A stretch of 32,000 bases of DNA. Source: Zymomonas mobilis subsp. mobilis ATCC 10988 (GTDB lineage: Bacteria; Pseudomonadota; Alphaproteobacteria; Sphingomonadales; Sphingomonadaceae). Made by a program: the position numbers and the translations under genes. Under the pieces are notes generated by a model. It had not been told where the DNA came from. It did not search any database and saw only the letters and a program-made list of their open reading frames with translations. The DNA lies in NCBI RefSeq assembly GCF_000175255.2, contig NC_017262.1, forward strand, positions 120,001 through 152,000, read 5' to 3'. Of the stretch, positions 1-8,355 are shown in pieces (position 1 is the stretch's first letter; each line of letters opens with the position of its first letter).

Positions 1-100
1 TTTTTTCTTCGATAATAGAGGTTGCCGTAGCGGCAAGCCCATCGACCTGCGTCTGTGCAAGGTCCTGACGGGCAAGAAACACATGCTCGTAAAGAGGCAT
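1..100 (-). CDS. rpsF: 30S ribosomal protein S6, N-terminal part (runs off the left edge)
   Basis: Reverse complement from CAT at 98-100 reads [33 protein letters not shown], a typical S6 N-terminus; open to the window edge. Confidence 0.9.
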   Translation of the reverse strand, partial: MPLYEHVFLARQDLAQTQVDGLAATATSIIEEK

Positions 101-621
101 CGTCTGTCCTTAAATATTGGCCGATCGCTGACGTGGCACCATGCCAACGCCCCTCCGGCTGTCGTTTACTTAATTCGGGCCATTAAAAAATAACCGCCTC
201 AAACTAAGACGATCATTAAAAGATCATTGAATGGATAAAATCTTTTCCACTCAAAAACGCCCAGACATTTATAGGTCTGATAGGTGGGAGGCAATGCCGC
301 ATTTCGTCCTGTTTTGCAAGATGTTTTATAAAAAGAACATAATCGCGACTATCTTTTCCAAAAGACCGGATAGGCTTCCAAATAATCGGTTTATAAAACG
401 CAAAAGCCTTTTTCCCCGAAACAAAGCAATATTGTCAGCCATGACCAGCTGATATAAAGCCTATGGCATTATTATTTCTAAATAACGCGCTTTCCATAAA
501 GACAGAGGAAAGACCAAGGCTTTTCGACTGCTATGGGATATTGGCTCTTGCCATCGGTTATTTTTTTTGGCTGATATTCGGCCATTCTGTTTCAAGATAA
601 AATATATAAGGAATCTGATCC

Positions 622-1557
622 ATGCGTGCCTTTATCTTTCCCGGACAAGGAAGCCAGTCTGTCGGCATGGGGCAAGCGCTCGCAGATGCCAGTTTGGCGG
701 CTCGTCATGTTTTTGAAGAAGTCGATGAGGCGCTCAAACAAAATCTATTCCGCCTGATGTCGCAAGGTCCCGAAGAAGAATTACGGCTGACCGAAAATGC
801 CCAACCCGCGATCATGGCACATTCGATGGCCGTTCTCGCTATGCTTGAAAAAGAAGGCAATATCCGGCTGACAGATGCGGCCTCTTTTGTCGCTGGTCAC
901 AGCCTTGGTGAATATAGCGCTTTAGCCGCCGCCGATGCTTTTAATCTCCCGACTACAGCACGCCTATTGAAAAAACGCGGTCAAGCAATGCAGGCTGCGG
1001 TTCCCGTTGGGGAAGGCGGTATGGCCGCTATTTTGGGTCTGGATTTTGAAACAGTAGAATCCATTGCGCAAGAAGCTGCCGAAAATGATATCTGCCAAGC
1101 CGCTAATGATAATGCACCGGGGCAGGTCGTTATTTCGGGAAGCTTGGCCGCTATCGAACGCGCGGTTGCCCTTGCCAAAGACAAAGGCGCAAGACGAGCG
1201 GTTATGCTCGATGTGTCTGCGCCTTTCCATTGTAGCCTGATGCAGCCCGCTGCCGATGTCATGGCCAAAGCCTTACAAGAAAATAGGCCACGTCAGCCTA
1301 TCGTTCCCGTTTTTGCCAATGTGTCGGCTACGGCTGAAACTGACCCGACAAAAATCATGAATTTACTGGTGGAACAGGTAACCGGACGGGTGCGCTGGCG
1401 TGAATCCATTGCCGCGATGGCGGCCGCTGGCGTTGAGGAATTTGTTGAATTCGGCGGCAAGGTGCTTGCCCCGATGATTAAACGGATTGCCCCTGATTGC
1501 AAAGCCACCAGCCTGATCGCACCGGCTGACATCGAAAATTTTGCTGCCAGCTTATAA
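622..1557 (+). CDS. fabD: Malonyl-CoA:ACP transacylase
   Basis: AFIFPGQGSQSVGMG, GHSLGEYSALAAA and VSAPFHCSLM motifs; full-length 311 aa; AAGGAA upstream. Confidence 0.97.
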   Translation: MRAFIFPGQGSQSVGMGQALADASLAARHVFEEVDEALKQNLFRLMSQGPEEELRLTENAQPAIMAHSMAVLAMLEKEGNIRLTDAASFVAGHSLGEYSALAAADAFNLPTTARLLKKRGQAMQAAVPVGEGGMAAILGLDFETVESIAQEAAENDICQAANDNAPGQVVISGSLAAIERAVALAKDKGARRAVMLDVSAPFHCSLMQPAADVMAKALQENRPRQPIVPVFANVSATAETDPTKIMNLLVEQVTGRVRWRESIAAMAAAGVEEFVEFGGKVLAPMIKRIAPDCKATSLIAPADIENFAASL

Positions 1558-1626
1558 TTCTATAGACTTTAATCAGCCCCTCTTCTGGTTCTATACTCTA
1601 ACCAGACAGGGGGCAGGAGAAAATCA

Positions 1627-2364
1627 ATGTTTGATCTTAATGGCCTGACTGCTCTTGTGACGGGTGCCTCTGGCGGCATTGGCTCTGCCATCGCCAAAGC
1701 CTTGGCCGATCAAGGCGCACAGGTTGCCTTATCGGGTACCCGTGAATCTGCGTTAAAAGAAGTCGCGGCAATTTTACCGAATGATCCGATTATTCTTCCC
1801 GCTAATCTCGGCCAAAAAGAAGATGTCGAACAGCTTGTCCCGCGCGCTTTAGAAAAGCTCGGCAAAATTGACATTCTGGTTAATAACGCCGGTATCACGC
1901 GCGACGGTTTAATGATGCGCATGAAAGATGAAGATTGGGCGGATGTTATCGCGCTTAATCTGGAATCCGTTTTCCGTCTTAGCCGTGCCGTCATCAGACC
2001 GATGATGAAGACCCGCTTTGGCCGCATTATCAATATCAGTTCAGTCGTCGGCCAGACCGGTAATGCCGGACAAGCCAATTATGCTGCGGCAAAGGCCGGC
2101 ATGATCGGCATGTCCAAATCACTGGCACGGGAAGTCGCCAGCCGTGGCATTACGGTGAACTGCATTGCTCCGGGTTTTATCGAAACCAAAATGACGGAGA
2201 TTCTTTCCGAACAACAGAAAGAAGCCGCCAAAAGCCAGATTCCGGCGGGTCGCTTTGGGGATATTCAGGATATCGCCGCTGCCGCTGTCTATCTTGCTTC
2301 CAAGGAAGCAGGCTATATGACAGGTCAAACACTCAGCGTTAACGGCGGCATGTCGATGCTTTAA
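1627..2364 (+). CDS. fabG: 3-oxoacyl-ACP reductase
   Basis: SDR TGASGGIG, NNAG, SSVVGQTGNAGQANYAAAKAG, and C-terminal YMTGQTLSVNGGMSM; follows fabD. Confidence 0.97.
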   Translation: MFDLNGLTALVTGASGGIGSAIAKALADQGAQVALSGTRESALKEVAAILPNDPIILPANLGQKEDVEQLVPRALEKLGKIDILVNNAGITRDGLMMRMKDEDWADVIALNLESVFRLSRAVIRPMMKTRFGRIINISSVVGQTGNAGQANYAAAKAGMIGMSKSLAREVASRGITVNCIAPGFIETKMTEILSEQQKEAAKSQIPAGRFGDIQDIAAAAVYLASKEAGYMTGQTLSVNGGMSML

Positions 2365-2419
2365 GCCGAAAAGACGGCATCATCAGAGGCATGGCCTTTG
2401 ATCTCGTATTCATAAGACG

Positions 2420-3178
2420 TTGTCAGGAACAGGATATCATCATATCCTGTTCCCGATTTTCTATTCTTGGCCGTTTATGGCGTTTTTTTTCATCCCGTTA
2501 TTTTCTGGGGGTCACTTGTCGATTTTTAAGTCCGGCTTTGCGCCTGTCATTACCCTGTCGCTTGCATCGCTTTTGCTCGGCGGTTGTGTCGTTCATCATG
2601 GCCAATTTGACGAAATGGGGTCAATGACTGTCCGGCGCAGCAGTTGTCCGGCTGTCGCGGTGCCTGACTATACCGGCGATGTCACGCTTTTTAATCCGTC
2701 CGATCAACGCACCGCTTCGGCTATTGATATCGAAGCCGTCATCACCAAATTAAGACCGAAATGCGATGATACCGCTTCTGGGCCCGTCGTCACGCATCTG
2801 ACCTTCACCGTTCAGGCAAGAAGACGCCATGTCGGCGGCGCAAGGGATATCACCTTACCTTATTTTGTGGCTGTTATGCGGGCAGGGACGCGGCTTCTTT
2901 CCAAAGAAATGGGAACGGTCAGAATCCATTTTGAACCCGGCCAGATGGCAACCGATACCGAAGTTACCACCAGTTCGGCCATTGACCACGATTCCGCCAC
3001 TTTGCCACGGGATATCATCCGGCAGTTGAACAAAGTCAGACAGGTTACCGATGTTGATGCCTCGGTTGACCCGACCAACGACCCGAAAGTCAGAGCTGCG
3101 ATGAAAGAGGCCAGCTTTGAAATGCTGGTCGGTTTCCAATTAACGGAACCTCAATTGGCCTATAATGCCACGCGGTAA
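2420..3178 (+). CDS. Uncharacterised sphingomonad-type lipoprotein; probable real start is TTG at 2516
   Basis: ORF in track; signal peptide with lipobox LASLLLGGC appears only if translation starts near 2516 (TTG preceded by GGGGG), the N-terminal extension looks unnatural. Confidence 0.7.
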   Translation: MSGTGYHHILFPIFYSWPFMAFFFIPLFSGGHLSIFKSGFAPVITLSLASLLLGGCVVHHGQFDEMGSMTVRRSSCPAVAVPDYTGDVTLFNPSDQRTASAIDIEAVITKLRPKCDDTASGPVVTHLTFTVQARRRHVGGARDITLPYFVAVMRAGTRLLSKEMGTVRIHFEPGQMATDTEVTTSSAIDHDSATLPRDIIRQLNKVRQVTDVDASVDPTNDPKVRAAMKEASFEMLVGFQLTEPQLAYNATR

Positions 3179-3330
3179 CATTATTTAAGAAAAATCGGCT
3201 GGAATTTCGGCTAAAGAGAGCCGAATAAAAAATTAGGCAGATAAATGCGCTATCTTCTGGTAGAGAAGCGCAAATTTCGTCATTATAAGAAGATATAGAC
3301 CTTATTTTCGGGGTTTAGGGAGATTTCGAC

Positions 3331-3594
3331 ATGGGCGGCATGAGTATTACACATTGGATCGTTGTTGCGGTCGTCGTAATGATCTTTTTCGGAAAAGGTC
3401 GTTTTTCCGATATGATGGGCGATGTCGCAAAAGGCATTAAAAGCTTCAAAAAAGGCATGTCCGAAGACGATACCACGCCACCGGCAGCCCCACCGGCTCC
3501 GGCACCTCGCTTGGAAAATCAGCCCCTTCCGCCAGAAAACACGACGCAAAATGTGGCACAGAATGTGCCAAACGACATCAAAAACAATCAATAA
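3331..3594 (+). CDS. tatA: Sec-independent translocase subunit TatA
   Basis: [43 protein letters not shown]; TM helix plus amphipathic helix; followed by tatB and tatC. Confidence 0.95.
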   Translation: MGGMSITHWIVVAVVVMIFFGKGRFSDMMGDVAKGIKSFKKGMSEDDTTPPAAPPAPAPRLENQPLPPENTTQNVAQNVPNDIKNNQ

Positions 3595-3678
3595 CTGATT
3601 GTTCGAACAGAATATTACCTCAAACGGTCAGAAGGCTTAACGGCTTTCTATCCTTTGGCAGGTCGTGCGGATTTTTAA

Positions 3679-4137
3679 ATGTTTGATGTCGCCCCTTCAG
3701 AACTTTTACTCGTTGCGGTGGTCGCCTTGGTGGTGATCGGGCCCAAAGACCTACCCCGCGCTATGCGGGTCGTCGGTCGATGGCTCGGGAAAGCACGGAA
3801 ATTGAGCCGTCATTTCCGTTCCGGTATTGATGAAATGATTCGTCAATCCGAAATGGAAGATATGGAAAAACGCTGGGCAGAAGAAAACGCCAAGCTGCTT
3901 GCCGAAAATCAGGGGCAGGGCAATCAAACCGCTTCGACTTCTTCGCCAGCTACCCCATCGCCTGTTTCCGATGATCCAGCCGAACAAAATATTGTCTTCG
4001 CGTCTCCCGCTGATTTGGAAGTGAATACGGCAGACACAAGCCATCTTGCCGCCAATCATACGGAAACAGCCGCAACGACCGCTGCCTCGACTCCGGCCAC
4101 GCCCAAAGAAGCCGACCAGCAGGAAAAACAATCATGA
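3679..4137 (+). CDS. tatB: Sec-independent translocase subunit TatB
   Basis: MFDVAPSELLLVAVVALVVIGPKDLPRAMRVVGRWLGKAR; gene order; stop overlaps tatC start. Confidence 0.95.
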   Translation: MFDVAPSELLLVAVVALVVIGPKDLPRAMRVVGRWLGKARKLSRHFRSGIDEMIRQSEMEDMEKRWAEENAKLLAENQGQGNQTASTSSPATPSPVSDDPAEQNIVFASPADLEVNTADTSHLAANHTETAATTAASTPATPKEADQQEKQS

Positions 4138-4922
4138 GCGAGACGGACGACATTCATGACGAAGTGGATGAAAGCGCAGCCCCGCTGCTCGATCATCTTC
4201 TTGAATTACGAAAAAGACTACTCATCAGCTTGGTCGCCCTAGGCATAGCGTTCCTGCTTTGCCTCCATTTTTCCCGCTCTATTTTTGCGTTTCTGGTGCA
4301 ACCCTTACTTCGGGCAGGACAGGGCAGGCTGATCTATACTGATATTTTTGAAGCCTTTTTTGTCGATATCAAGGTGGCCTTTTTCGCCGCTATCATGCTC
4401 GCTTTTCCGATTGTCGCCATGCAGATATGGCGCTTTATCGCTCCGGGGCTTTACAGCAATGAAAAAAGGGCTTTCCTGCCTTTCTTGGTCATGACGCCGC
4501 TGTTATTTTTGGTCGGTGCCTCTATGGCCTATTATGTCGCCATGCCTATCGCCCTTCATTTTCTGCTCGGCTATCAAGGCAATATTGGCGGCGTGCAGCA
4601 AACGGCTCTACCCGCAGTCGGTAATTACCTGAATTTTGTGACAAAATTCATCTTCGGCTTTGGTGTCGCTTTTCTTCTGCCCCTCGTGCTGCTGCTGCTG
4701 GAACGGGCAGGCTTTGTCACTCGCCAACAATTGGTTGCAGGCCGTCGCTATGCGATTGTCGCCTCTGTGGCCATCGCTGCGGTTTTAACCCCGCCTGATA
4801 TCGTTTCACAATTATTGCTTGGGGTGCCTCTGATCCTGCTTTATGAAATGGCCTTGCTCGCTATGCTTTTCGGCGAAAAACGCCGCAAAAAAGAGACCGA
4901 CCTCGTCGTTGCAGAAGACTAA
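4134..4922 (+). CDS. tatC: Sec-independent translocase subunit TatC
   Basis: HLLELRKRLLISL, multi-TM, FGFGVAFLLPLVLLLLERAG; overlaps tatB by 4 nt. Confidence 0.96.
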   Translation: MSETDDIHDEVDESAAPLLDHLLELRKRLLISLVALGIAFLLCLHFSRSIFAFLVQPLLRAGQGRLIYTDIFEAFFVDIKVAFFAAIMLAFPIVAMQIWRFIAPGLYSNEKRAFLPFLVMTPLLFLVGASMAYYVAMPIALHFLLGYQGNIGGVQQTALPAVGNYLNFVTKFIFGFGVAFLLPLVLLLLERAGFVTRQQLVAGRRYAIVASVAIAAVLTPPDIVSQLLLGVPLILLYEMALLAMLFGEKRRKKETDLVVAED

Positions 4923-4962
4923 ACCCCAATAAAAGATAAACCGTTTTTTCAATAAAAATCTT

Positions 4963-4990
4963 AAAAAAAGAGGGCGTTATGCCCTCTTTA
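4963..4990 (+). terminator. Rho-independent-like terminator after tatC
   Basis: AAAGAGGGC-GTTAT-GCCCTCTTT, 9-bp perfect stem directly downstream of tatC. Confidence 0.75.
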
Positions 4991-5010
4991 AAACCACCCC
5001 AATGCAATAA

Positions 5011-5404
5011 AATCTAAGCAACTGCCTGCGCGGCAGTGAACAGATTTATCCACGCGCCAAGTCTTCCGTGGTCATTTCTAAGCTGCCTGTGCGGCAGTGA
5101 ACAGCCTGTCGCTGGTGGCCGGTAGCCTGTCGCTTTTCTAAGCTGCCTGTGCGGCAGTGAACTCTTGGTGTAGGACCGGTCGGCATAGGATTAAATTTCT
5201 AAGCTGCCTGTGCGGCAGTGAACTTGCAAGTTTAACTTCACATCAATCTGTAAAATTTTCTAAGCTGCCTGTGCGGCAGTGAACTTACCTATCCGCTTAT
5301 TTGAAGCGAACAATATTTTCTAAGCTGCCTGTGCGGCAGTGAACCGACTGCCGGACGTTCTGCGACACCTGAAATATTTCTAAGCTGCCTGTGCGGCAGT
5401 GAAC
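5011..5404 (-). CRISPR. Type I-F CRISPR array, 7 repeats (leftmost degenerate) and 6 spacers, no cas genes in window
   Basis: Six identical 28-nt repeats TTTCTAAGCTGCCTGTGCGGCAGTGAAC at 5075-5102, 5135-5162, 5196-5223, 5257-5284, 5317-5344, 5377-5404 and a degenerate copy at 5011-5041; spacers 32-33 nt. Reverse complement GTTCACTGCCGCACAGGCAGCTTAGAAA matches the I-F consensus, so crRNA is read from the minus strand. Confidence 0.97.
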
Positions 5405-5560
5405 TAGAGGCAAAAGATAGAATTGCCCCTAAAATAAAGGGATATCTCGCCAAAAAGGCAAAATAACCCTAAAAAATACGCCCATATGTAACATATTGAA
5501 TTGAAAGGATTTTTTATACCCTCGAAAAAAGAGGGTCAAAATAAGGGTCAAATTTGATCC
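5405..5560 (-). promoter_or_regulatory. Putative CRISPR leader region
   Basis: AT-rich non-coding sequence abutting the intact-repeat end of the array; opposite end carries the degenerate (leader-distal) repeat. Confidence 0.55.
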
Positions 5561-5928
5561 CGCAAGAATCTTCACAATATCAAAAAGCCATCAATTCTTT
5601 AGGCCATGCTAATAAGAAAATCCATACTCAAGGCTAATACACACCGCTATTCTCTCGACCAATCTTCAGCGATGGGCAGCATTGAATGGCTCTTATTACC
5701 GTCTATCTTCGCTATGCTAGGGCTGAAAACTAAACGCATCCATTCCAAGACCTTCACTCGGCCATAAGGATGCCAACGTCAGAAAATAGGATATCGCGCA
5801 TTATCCGCGGTTAAAACAGCTTACAAAGGCAGCCATGCCGCAACAGGCCAAAATTAAACTCAATTTCGGCTATGCTTCAAAAATATACGGCGGTGTCTAA
5901 TCCAAAACCACGCGATAAAAGGATAAAA

Positions 5929-5955
5929 AAGGCCGCTCTTCAAAAGAGCGACCTT
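5929..5955 (-). terminator. Rho-independent terminator of the entericidin-like gene
   Basis: Minus strand AAGGTCGCTCTT-TTG-AAGAGCGGCCTTTTTTATCC: long stem with one internal mismatch then T-run. Confidence 0.8.
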
Positions 5956-5960
5956 ATATT

Positions 5961-6095
5961 TTATTTATTTCTTTCAGCCGAATTAGACATCGACTGTCCG
6001 GCAGAAGAAAGATCTTGCCCGAAACCCTGTACCGTATTGCAAGCCGCCAAGGCCAAAACAGCGGATGCCATTAAACAATGTATCAAAATACGCAT
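5961..6095 (-). CDS. Entericidin A/B family small lipoprotein, 44 aa (not in the supplied ORF track)
   Basis: Minus-strand translation MRILIHCLMASAVLALAACNTVQGFGQDLSSAGQSMSNSAERNK; lipobox LAAC, entericidin-like CNTVxGxGxDxxxAG core, GGGGGA Shine-Dalgarno, terminator immediately downstream. Confidence 0.85.
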   Translation of the reverse strand: MRILIHCLMASAVLALAACNTVQGFGQDLSSAGQSMSNSAERNK

Positions 6096-6226
6096 TATTC
6101 CCCCATCCGGTGCCTTATCTGCACCTTGTTCCAGATTTCATAAACGCTCTGGCATATGAAGAAATCGCCTTCACAGCAAAGTTCTTTTACTGAATTTATA
6201 TGAACCACAGAATAATGAAAAAACAC

Positions 6227-6331
6227 AAAAAAATGACCCGGAATGTCAGTGAGGGGGGAGGAGGAGACATTCCGGATCATGAATTTTAAGAAAGTCAGGC
6301 TAAGGGGGGATAAGCCTACGGACAATCTTGC
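6227..6331 (-). ncRNA. Candidate GsrN-like stress sRNA with C-rich loops (prediction)
   Basis: EcfG-like promoter at 6338-6362, hairpin AGGCT..AGCCT with CCCCCC loop (6297-6317), then hairpin CCGGAATGTC..GACATTCCGG whose minus-strand loop is TCCTCCTCCCCCCTCACT, followed by a 7-T run (6233-6227). Confidence 0.6.
6234..6279 (-). terminator. Rho-independent terminator with C-rich loop (3' end of candidate sRNA; may also terminate the kinase gene)
   Basis: 10-bp perfect arms 6238-6247/6266-6275, extended by 3 more pairs beyond one mismatch; T-run on minus strand. Confidence 0.8.
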
Positions 6332-6337
6332 CAATAG

Positions 6338-6362
6338 AACTGACCGTGAAAAGGAAAGTTCC
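6338..6362 (-). promoter_or_regulatory. EcfG (general stress sigma) promoter-like element
   Basis: Minus strand GGAAC-N16-AGTT versus consensus GGAAC-N16/17-CGTT. Confidence 0.6.
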
Positions 6363-6463
6363 AAGCTCCCGCATTATTTTTGTCGATTTTTAAGCACGCC
6401 CATAAAAAGGCATATCAGAACAAAAATATCGCCTATCACAAAGCCGACAACGTTTATCAGGGC

Positions 6464-8116
6464 TTAATCCGGCAATATATCGATATCGTAGTAATAATAG
6501 CCGTCTTCTTCTTTCTCTACCGATTTACCGCCTAACTGCCGCCCAAAGGCGCTGATAATCCGCCGAATAACTTCATTGCCCTTACGGGAAGATAGCTGTT
6601 TCAAGGCCTCGGCTCGGATCTCCAAGCCCGCATGGTCGGGGGTATTTTCAAATTCGGCGCTATGACGATGCAAAATAATGGTGATCGGTAACAACGGATC
6701 AACCGCCAAAGAAAAATCGACAATTTCGACCAGAATAAAGGCAATCGGCATCGCCTTTTCCAAAGGTACAAAAACCTGATCTATCTCGGTTTCAATCTGA
6801 AAATTCTTTTCAAATGTCTGCAAACTGGTTTGTAACCCGTTGACCAATTCCTTAATCAGCAAGGATAAATCCAGCCCTTGGCCTTTATCTAGCTCATTAT
6901 AATATTGGCGCTGAACAATCGCCAAAGCATTTACCCGCCGCTGGATAGTCGCATAGGCGGATTTTTCTTTAGCGGTTTCAGCTCGACGGCTGTGAATACT
7001 CAATAGGCTGGACACAACTTGAAGGTTGTTTTTCACCCGATGATGCACTTCACGGGTCAACATTTTTTGATGCTGTAAGGCATTGCGGAGGGCGCGTTCA
7101 TGGGCAGCCAATCTAACCGCAACATGATAAAAGGCCTTGCTAACCTGCCTAATTTCTCTTGCCGCCCCAATCGAAGCCGGTTTTATCTTTTGTATTTCGC
7201 CCGTCTTGCCATAATCGACAATCGCCCTTTGGGTGCGCCGCAAGGGGCGCAACAGCATATAATGGACAACAACCCAACCAATGCTCGCCGTCATAAACCA
7301 GATCAACACGGGCAACAAAACAAACAGCAAATCGACTTTTCTAAAGGGGGGCAGGTTGTTATCGTAAATCAGGTTAATAGAATTATCAAAAGTCGGAATA
7401 ACAACCGGATGGCTTTGCTTTAATAAAGGCTTCTTCGGCGAAATTAACGGCAATAAATGGCTTTTTTGGGCTAGAAAAAGCGCCGATCCATCCGGCACAA
7501 CCTTCCGCTCGATTATTTTCAATAAAGAATCTCGGCCAATCTGTCCGACAACCAGATATTTTGACAGCGGATAATGCCCACCCAGAAAAGAGAATTGAAG
7601 CTGTCCCTCATTTTCCAGAATATCGACATTATAAAAGTTATTTGCACCCAGCGGCTTAAAAGGCAAAAGCACGGCCGTATTCACTTTAAAATTGTCGCTT
7701 TTGCACAGTAAACGCCCCGATGTATCCATCAAGGCATAATCCACTGGGACGAAACCAAGGCTTTGCATATGCTGAATCAGAAGGGAACATTCGCCCATAT
7801 CGGCAAAATCATAGCTACCTTCTTCGTCAAAGATATTTCTGACATCATAGGCCAAAATATCGATAGAATCGTCAATCGTGCGCGCGCTCTCAGTCGCAAT
7901 AAGCTGCGCTTCTTTTTGGTGATTAAGGCGGTATTGATGGGACGAAGCGATAAACGCCCCAAGTGCAACAAAACTCGGCGGAAGCTGTGCCAAACTTAAA
8001 ACCACCAACATCCGAAACCATGTAGGCATGGAAACGAAAAGCAGAAATAACCGACGGGTCAAAAGCTGCTTTTTGTGGAAGGTTTTTGAAGGCGAATTTT
8101 TAAAAAATGCCTTCAT
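6464..8116 (-). CDS. Membrane HisKA_2-type sensor kinase with degenerate ATPase domain, PhyP-like
   Basis: Two TM segments, HAMP-like linker, H-box EVHHRVKNNLQVVSSLLSIHSR; no canonical N/G boxes in the C-terminal domain; directly downstream of nepR. Confidence 0.8.
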   Translation of the reverse strand: MKAFFKNSPSKTFHKKQLLTRRLFLLFVSMPTWFRMLVVLSLAQLPPSFVALGAFIASSHQYRLNHQKEAQLIATESARTIDDSIDILAYDVRNIFDEEGSYDFADMGECSLLIQHMQSLGFVPVDYALMDTSGRLLCKSDNFKVNTAVLLPFKPLGANNFYNVDILENEGQLQFSFLGGHYPLSKYLVVGQIGRDSLLKIIERKVVPDGSALFLAQKSHLLPLISPKKPLLKQSHPVVIPTFDNSINLIYDNNLPPFRKVDLLFVLLPVLIWFMTASIGWVVVHYMLLRPLRRTQRAIVDYGKTGEIQKIKPASIGAAREIRQVSKAFYHVAVRLAAHERALRNALQHQKMLTREVHHRVKNNLQVVSSLLSIHSRRAETAKEKSAYATIQRRVNALAIVQRQYYNELDKGQGLDLSLLIKELVNGLQTSLQTFEKNFQIETEIDQVFVPLEKAMPIAFILVEIVDFSLAVDPLLPITIILHRHSAEFENTPDHAGLEIRAEALKQLSSRKGNEVIRRIISAFGRQLGGKSVEKEEDGYYYYDIDILPD

Positions 8117-8142
8117 AAAGCACCGATCCGTATCGTTATCAA

Positions 8143-8355
8143 TTAGTTGAGTTTTGCCAAAAGGGCTAGAAGGTCATCAGGCACCGCTTCTTCAACCGTC
8201 TGCTGATAGACATTACGCAAGGCAAAACCGATTGCGTTTTTTCGATCTTCCGCCTGTTTTGCCGATTCATCAGCATGTGCGGCATTTCCGGAAGAAGCCG
8301 GTAATTCTTGGGATACTGGCCTTTTATGGTTATGTGCTGTCATGCTGCCATTCAT
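8143..8355 (-). CDS. nepR: NepR anti-sigma factor
   Basis: Core GFALRNVYQQTVEEAVPDDLLALLAKLN matches NepR family; 70 aa; location beside HisKA_2 kinase. Confidence 0.88.
   Translation of the reverse strand: MNGSMTAHNHKRPVSQELPASSGNAAHADESAKQAEDRKNAIGFALRNVYQQTVEEAVPDDLLALLAKLN

Noticed and set aside
231-452. 73-aa ORF in the rpsF-fabD intergenic region
   Set aside because: Low-complexity basic sequence, no recognisable family or SD.
3206-3225. TTCGGCT-AAAGAG-AGCCGAA hairpin upstream of tatA
   Set aside because: Looks terminator-like but lacks a plus-strand T-run; kept only as a possible weak attenuator, not supported as a feature.
5872-6159. Plus-strand 95-aa ORF
   Set aside because: Antisense to the much better supported entericidin-like gene and its terminator.
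6095-6364. Minus-strand 89-aa ORF
   Set aside because: Frame crosses the terminator hairpin and T-run, composition is non-protein-like, and it ends at the entericidin-like gene start.
6243-6467. Plus-strand 74-aa ORF MSVRGEEETFRIMNFKKV... with an AGGAGGAG stretch
   Set aside because: The AGGAGG is the complement of the C-rich terminator loop; the ORF lies antisense to the sRNA candidate and its promoter and the protein looks random.
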